42,736 nt of DNA from sequence record SRR31147125_1397; one strand, 5' to 3'. Both the position numbers and the translations under genes were made by a program. Under the pieces are notes generated by a model. It saw only the letters and a program-made list of their open reading frames with translations, ran no database searches and was not told the DNA's origin. Below, piece by piece: positions 39,208 to 42,736 of the stretch. The stretch's first letter is position 1, and each line of letters starts with the position of its first letter.

Positions 39208-39875
39208 CAAATATATTATTAAGTCTAAGAGTATTTGAACAAAAAGAAATTTATCAAGCATTACAAAAATACATCCAACCAAATAAAAAAGTGTGCGTTC
39301 TCGCATATTCTTTTTTTGATATGTTTTATCCAAGAAAAGAAGATTACTTAGCATACTACGCAAAAGGTATGCCGTACTATGAAAAGATTTTAAACTCATT
39401 TTCTATATTTGATATCAAAGATTTAATATGGATTGATTATTATCAAGATTCTACAGAAGAAGCAATTAAAAAAATTAAAGCATCAGATATCATATATCTA
39501 CCTGGTGGTGCACCTGATGAGATGATGAAACGTATTCATGAAAAAGGTTTAACAGAAGCATTAACTGCAAAAGATAAAACATATATAGGTGTATCTGCAG
39601 GAACGATGATTCAATTTAGGGATTATTATATTTCTCCTGATGATGAATATCATGCATTTAGTGAACAAAAAGGTCTTGGACTTATCAATGATTTTTATGT
39701 TGAAGTTCATTATAGAAGACGAAAAAAACAAAAATCATCCATGAGAAATGTATGGAGAAAATATCATAAAGATATGTATGTGATACCCAATGATGGGTGT
39801 ATCATTAAAGATGAACATAAAATTATATGCTTGGGAACAGCAAAAAAATTATACAATAAGAAGGGGATTATATGA
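39204..39875 (+). CDS. Peptidase S51 (peptidase E / type 1 glutamine amidotransferase-like)
   Basis: IYLPGG, GVSAG, GLGL and EVHY motifs. Confidence 0.82.
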   Translation: MTNILLSLRVFEQKEIYQALQKYIQPNKKVCVLAYSFFDMFYPRKEDYLAYYAKGMPYYEKILNSFSIFDIKDLIWIDYYQDSTEEAIKKIKASDIIYLPGGAPDEMMKRIHEKGLTEALTAKDKTYIGVSAGTMIQFRDYYISPDDEYHAFSEQKGLGLINDFYVEVHYRRRKKQKSSMRNVWRKYHKDMYVIPNDGCIIKDEHKIICLGTAKKLYNKKGII

Positions 39876-40651
39876 ATAAATTATTAGAAGTCAATGATTT
39901 AGTTAAAACATTTAAACTTTCTAAAAAACAACAAAAAATAGAAAAAACTAATGTTAAGGTAAAAACAGCTGTTGATCATTTAAGTTTTTCAGCTTTTGAA
40001 GGAGAGATATACGGTTTACTTGGTCCTAATGGTGCAGGTAAAACAACAACACTTCGTATCTTATCTGCGCTGATTAAAGCTGATAGTGGAGATGCGTTAG
40101 TCGATGGGGTATCAGTCAAAGATAATCCAAATGAAGTGCATCGTAAAATTGGATTTTTAACCAGTGAATTAAAACTAGAAGATTTCTTTACGCCTAATTA
40201 TTTATATGACTATTTTAGCAACTTACATCAAGTTGATAAAGAAGTTGCGAATGAACGTAAAGAAAGATTATTTAAAAAGTTTGGCATTGATCAATTTAGA
40301 GAAGTGAAGGTTGCTGAGCTATCAACAGGGATGAAACAAAAAATTTCACTTGTGATATCCATTGTTCATAACCCAAATATTATCATTTTTGATGAACCAA
40401 CAAATGGACTTGATATTATTACTGCAAAAACAGTCACTGACTTTTTGCTTGATTTAAAAGAAGAAGGTAAAACCATTATTTTATCAACACATATTTTTTC
40501 ACTTGTTGAAAAATTATGTGATCGTGTGGGTATTATTATTAATGGACATATGGTTTATGAAGATACATTAGAATCAGTTCAAAAAGATGGTTCATTAGAA
40601 GCACTGTTCTTTAAACTCTATGAAGAAGAAGGTGAAATGGAAAATGAATAA
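39872..40651 (+). CDS. ABC exporter ATP-binding protein (NatA-like)
   Basis: GPNGAGKTT, LSTGMKQK, FDEPTNGLD and STH motifs. Confidence 0.9.
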   Translation: MNKLLEVNDLVKTFKLSKKQQKIEKTNVKVKTAVDHLSFSAFEGEIYGLLGPNGAGKTTTLRILSALIKADSGDALVDGVSVKDNPNEVHRKIGFLTSELKLEDFFTPNYLYDYFSNLHQVDKEVANERKERLFKKFGIDQFREVKVAELSTGMKQKISLVISIVHNPNIIIFDEPTNGLDIITAKTVTDFLLDLKEEGKTIILSTHIFSLVEKLCDRVGIIINGHMVYEDTLESVQKDGSLEALFFKLYEEEGEMENE

Positions 40652-41810
40652 AAATGTGATGACACTAATCAAAAAAGAATTAACTAGATTTTTCACAGAT
40701 AGAAGAATGTTATTTACATTGATTTTACCGGGTCTTATGATTTTTGTGCTTTATTCATTTATGGGTAATTTCACATCACAATTAGCAACTGTTGATGAGG
40801 ATCACGTGTATCAAGTGTATGTTGTTGATCAACCGAATGAATTTAAAATATTTGATCAAACAGATACATATCATCTAGATATTTATCAAATAGATGCATT
40901 CGATGATGAACTACTTAATAAAATTCGTGATGAAGAAGTTGATTTACTTATCGTATATGATGAAATGTTTTATGAAAATGTAATTGATGAGGATTATAGC
41001 GGTGATACACCACAAGTTGAAATGTATTATAATTCAACAAGTAATGAGTCATCTGAGATATATAGTTATTATGCATCAACACTAAGTGCATATGAAACAA
41101 GTTTATCCAACCGATTTGATATCAATGCGGGTGGACAAACATATAATCTTGCCAGCGAAGATGATGTATCTATGCAATTTATTGTTTCATTATTACCATT
41201 TTTACTACTTACTTTCTTATTTAGTGGCGCGATGGCTGTATCAACTGAATCCATTGCGGGTGAAAAAGAAAGAGGTACGATTGCAACACTACTCATTACA
41301 CCAACTAAACGATCTGATATTGCATTAGGTAAAATTGTCTCACTTTCAATTATCACATTAGTTTCCGCATTATCAAGTTTTCTTGGGTTGATGTTATCAT
41401 TACCGAAGTTATTAAATGGTACAAGTGTATCGATTAATATGTATGGATTTACAACATATTTATTACTCTTTGCAGTCATTATTTCAACATTACTGATTTA
41501 TGTTGTGCTACTTTCAATTATTTCTGCATATGCAAAAACGATTAAAGAAGCAGCATCACTTGCGACTCCTTTACTGATTTTAAATATGTTAGTTGGTATT
41601 TCATCAATGTTAGGAACTGTAAGTTCAAATATAGCATCATATTTTATCCCTATATTTAATTCAGTTCAAAGTATTATTAGCATCTTAAGTTTAGAAGTTA
41701 ATGCTCTTCACTTAGGCATAACAATTATTGTTAATTTTGTTGTTGTAAGTATTGGTGTTTGGTTACTTACTAAACTATTTAATTCAGAAAAGGTTATGTT
41801 TAATAAATAA
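40644..41810 (+). CDS. ABC-2 type exporter permease (NatB-like)
   Basis: IKKEL...DRR, SIAGEKERGTIATLL.TP..R..I.LGK and AKTIKEA motifs. Confidence 0.88.
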   Translation: MNKNVMTLIKKELTRFFTDRRMLFTLILPGLMIFVLYSFMGNFTSQLATVDEDHVYQVYVVDQPNEFKIFDQTDTYHLDIYQIDAFDDELLNKIRDEEVDLLIVYDEMFYENVIDEDYSGDTPQVEMYYNSTSNESSEIYSYYASTLSAYETSLSNRFDINAGGQTYNLASEDDVSMQFIVSLLPFLLLTFLFSGAMAVSTESIAGEKERGTIATLLITPTKRSDIALGKIVSLSIITLVSALSSFLGLMLSLPKLLNGTSVSINMYGFTTYLLLFAVIISTLLIYVVLLSIISAYAKTIKEAASLATPLLILNMLVGISSMLGTVSSNIASYFIPIFNSVQSIISILSLEVNALHLGITIIVNFVVVSIGVWLLTKLFNSEKVMFNK

Positions 41811-41812
41811 TG

Positions 41813-41850
41813 AAAAAGGCTTACTAGAATTTCCTAGTAAGCCTTTGTTT
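41813..41850. terminator. Bidirectional terminator
   Basis: AAAGGCTTACTAG...CTAGTAAGCCTTT between convergent genes. Confidence 0.85.
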
Positions 41851-42494
41851 TATATAAATTTTCTCAGTTCAATTGCTATTAAAGATGCAAATAGTTTTGC
41901 ACCATATGGACTGAAATGCGTATCATCAATTTTACCATCTGGATAGTTTGGATGTTCACCTTCAAGTAAATGATTATAAAGTGTTTTCGATCCTTCTTCA
42001 CCAAGGTCAGAAATAAGTTTTTGACTGATAGAAAACATATCAATAAACGGATAATCATATTTTTCACAAAATGACTTCATCGCATCTGGATAATCACCAA
42101 GTGCATGTTTATCAAGTTTTCCATCTATAAATTTTCTTCGTGTAATTGAAGAGATAAATATTGGCATTGCATGATTGTTAGTTGCAACCACTGCAAAGCG
42201 TTCTAAGTTATCCATATAGTCTTTATATGGATCTGTAAAACGGTCTTTATCGTCTTTACTGTCATTATGACCGAATTGTACGAGTAAATAGTCACCTTCG
42301 CTAATTTCAGTTTCTATTTGAAACAGTCTGCCTTCAGCGATGTAAGATTTTGTTGATCGTGCATTAACTGCATAATTTTTAATTTCTAAATTTGGAGAAA
42401 TAAAAGTATGTAAATATTCTCCCCATCCTGATTCAGGACGCTTGTTGTCTAGTTTGATTGAAGCTGTTGAATCTCCAGCTATAAATAATTTCAT
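41850..42494 (-). CDS. SGNH/GDSL esterase, rhamnogalacturonan acetylesterase-like
   Basis: AGDST, GWG, QFGHND and DDTHF motifs. Confidence 0.9.
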   Translation of the reverse strand: MKLFIAGDSTASIKLDNKRPESGWGEYLHTFISPNLEIKNYAVNARSTKSYIAEGRLFQIETEISEGDYLLVQFGHNDSKDDKDRFTDPYKDYMDNLERFAVVATNNHAMPIFISSITRRKFIDGKLDKHALGDYPDAMKSFCEKYDYPFIDMFSISQKLISDLGEEGSKTLYNHLLEGEHPNYPDGKIDDTHFSPYGAKLFASLIAIELRKFI

Positions 42495-42670
42495 ATAATC
42501 ACCATTAGTATTTTATCATAATAATATTAAAACTTTACAAAGATATATGCTTGTAAGCAAAGTTGATAGTAGTTAAAACATGATAAGTGATAGGACAAAA
42601 GAGAATTTAGAAAATGTAAATACAATCATAGATAAATATTCAATAAAGCCATTGAGAGCATGAAAAAATA

Positions 42671-42697
42671 AAAAAACGACTATATCATATAGTCGTT
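42671..42697 (-). terminator. Terminator of the tRNA transcript
   Basis: AACGACTATA-tca-TATAGTCGTT with a U run on the minus strand. Confidence 0.75.
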
Positions 42698-42706
42698 ATA
42701 TTTTCA

Positions 42707-42736
42707 TGGTACCCCCTAACGGGATCGAACCGTTGA
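42707..42736 (-). tRNA. tRNA gene, 3' part only (isotype not visible)
   Basis: Minus strand reads AACGG-TTCGATC-CCGTT (T arm), AGGGGGT, A, CCA; truncated by the window edge. Confidence 0.9.

Noticed and set aside
1-42736. CRISPR array, transposase, integrase, prophage genes or long tandem repeats
   Set aside because: None recognised by eye; the inverted repeats found are explained as terminators, operators or the T-box.
42707-42736. Assigning a tRNA isotype or an integration site at the tRNA 3' end
   Set aside because: The anticodon lies outside the window, and no duplicate of the 3' end or integrase was seen.

Overview
AT-rich bacterial chromosomal segment read with genetic code 11 (TGA acts as stop, Trp is TGG). 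Gene content and Firmicute-style signals (T-box, sigma-A promoters, intrinsic terminators) suggest an Acholeplasmatales/Izemoplasmatales-like Bacilli-Mollicutes organism; this is an inference. Most genes lie on the + strand. In order: a CPBP protease; an rdgB / metallophosphoesterase / choline-kinase-like / TPR-degenerate GGDEF-EAL / HEPN-like operon; an old yellow enzyme and queH; a probable modification-dependent defence cassette (stand-alone SRA-like protein, PLD-SF2 helicase-DUF3427 nuclease, Nudix hydrolase) followed by a deoxynucleoside kinase; a Zn ABC operon with Zur-like boxes; a membrane-GrpB fusion; a frameshifted BusR-like regulator with a glycine-betaine ABC transporter; a peroxiredoxin-like / ADP-ribosylglycohydrolase / MazG cluster; a Trp T-box controlling a lone trpB; a GH65 enzyme; a LacI-controlled sugar ABC and oxidoreductase locus; esterase, peptidase and NatAB-like genes; an SGNH esterase; and the 3' end of a tRNA. 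About seven reading-frame anomalies sit at homopolymer or short-repeat runs, so several ORF-track boundaries, including the apparent helicase-Nudix fusion, may be sequencing artefacts. The best candidates for a little-described system are the SRA + PLD-helicase + Nudix cassette and the translationally coupled TPR-GGDEF/EAL + HEPN-like pair. All family calls come from motif recognition by eye, not database searches.
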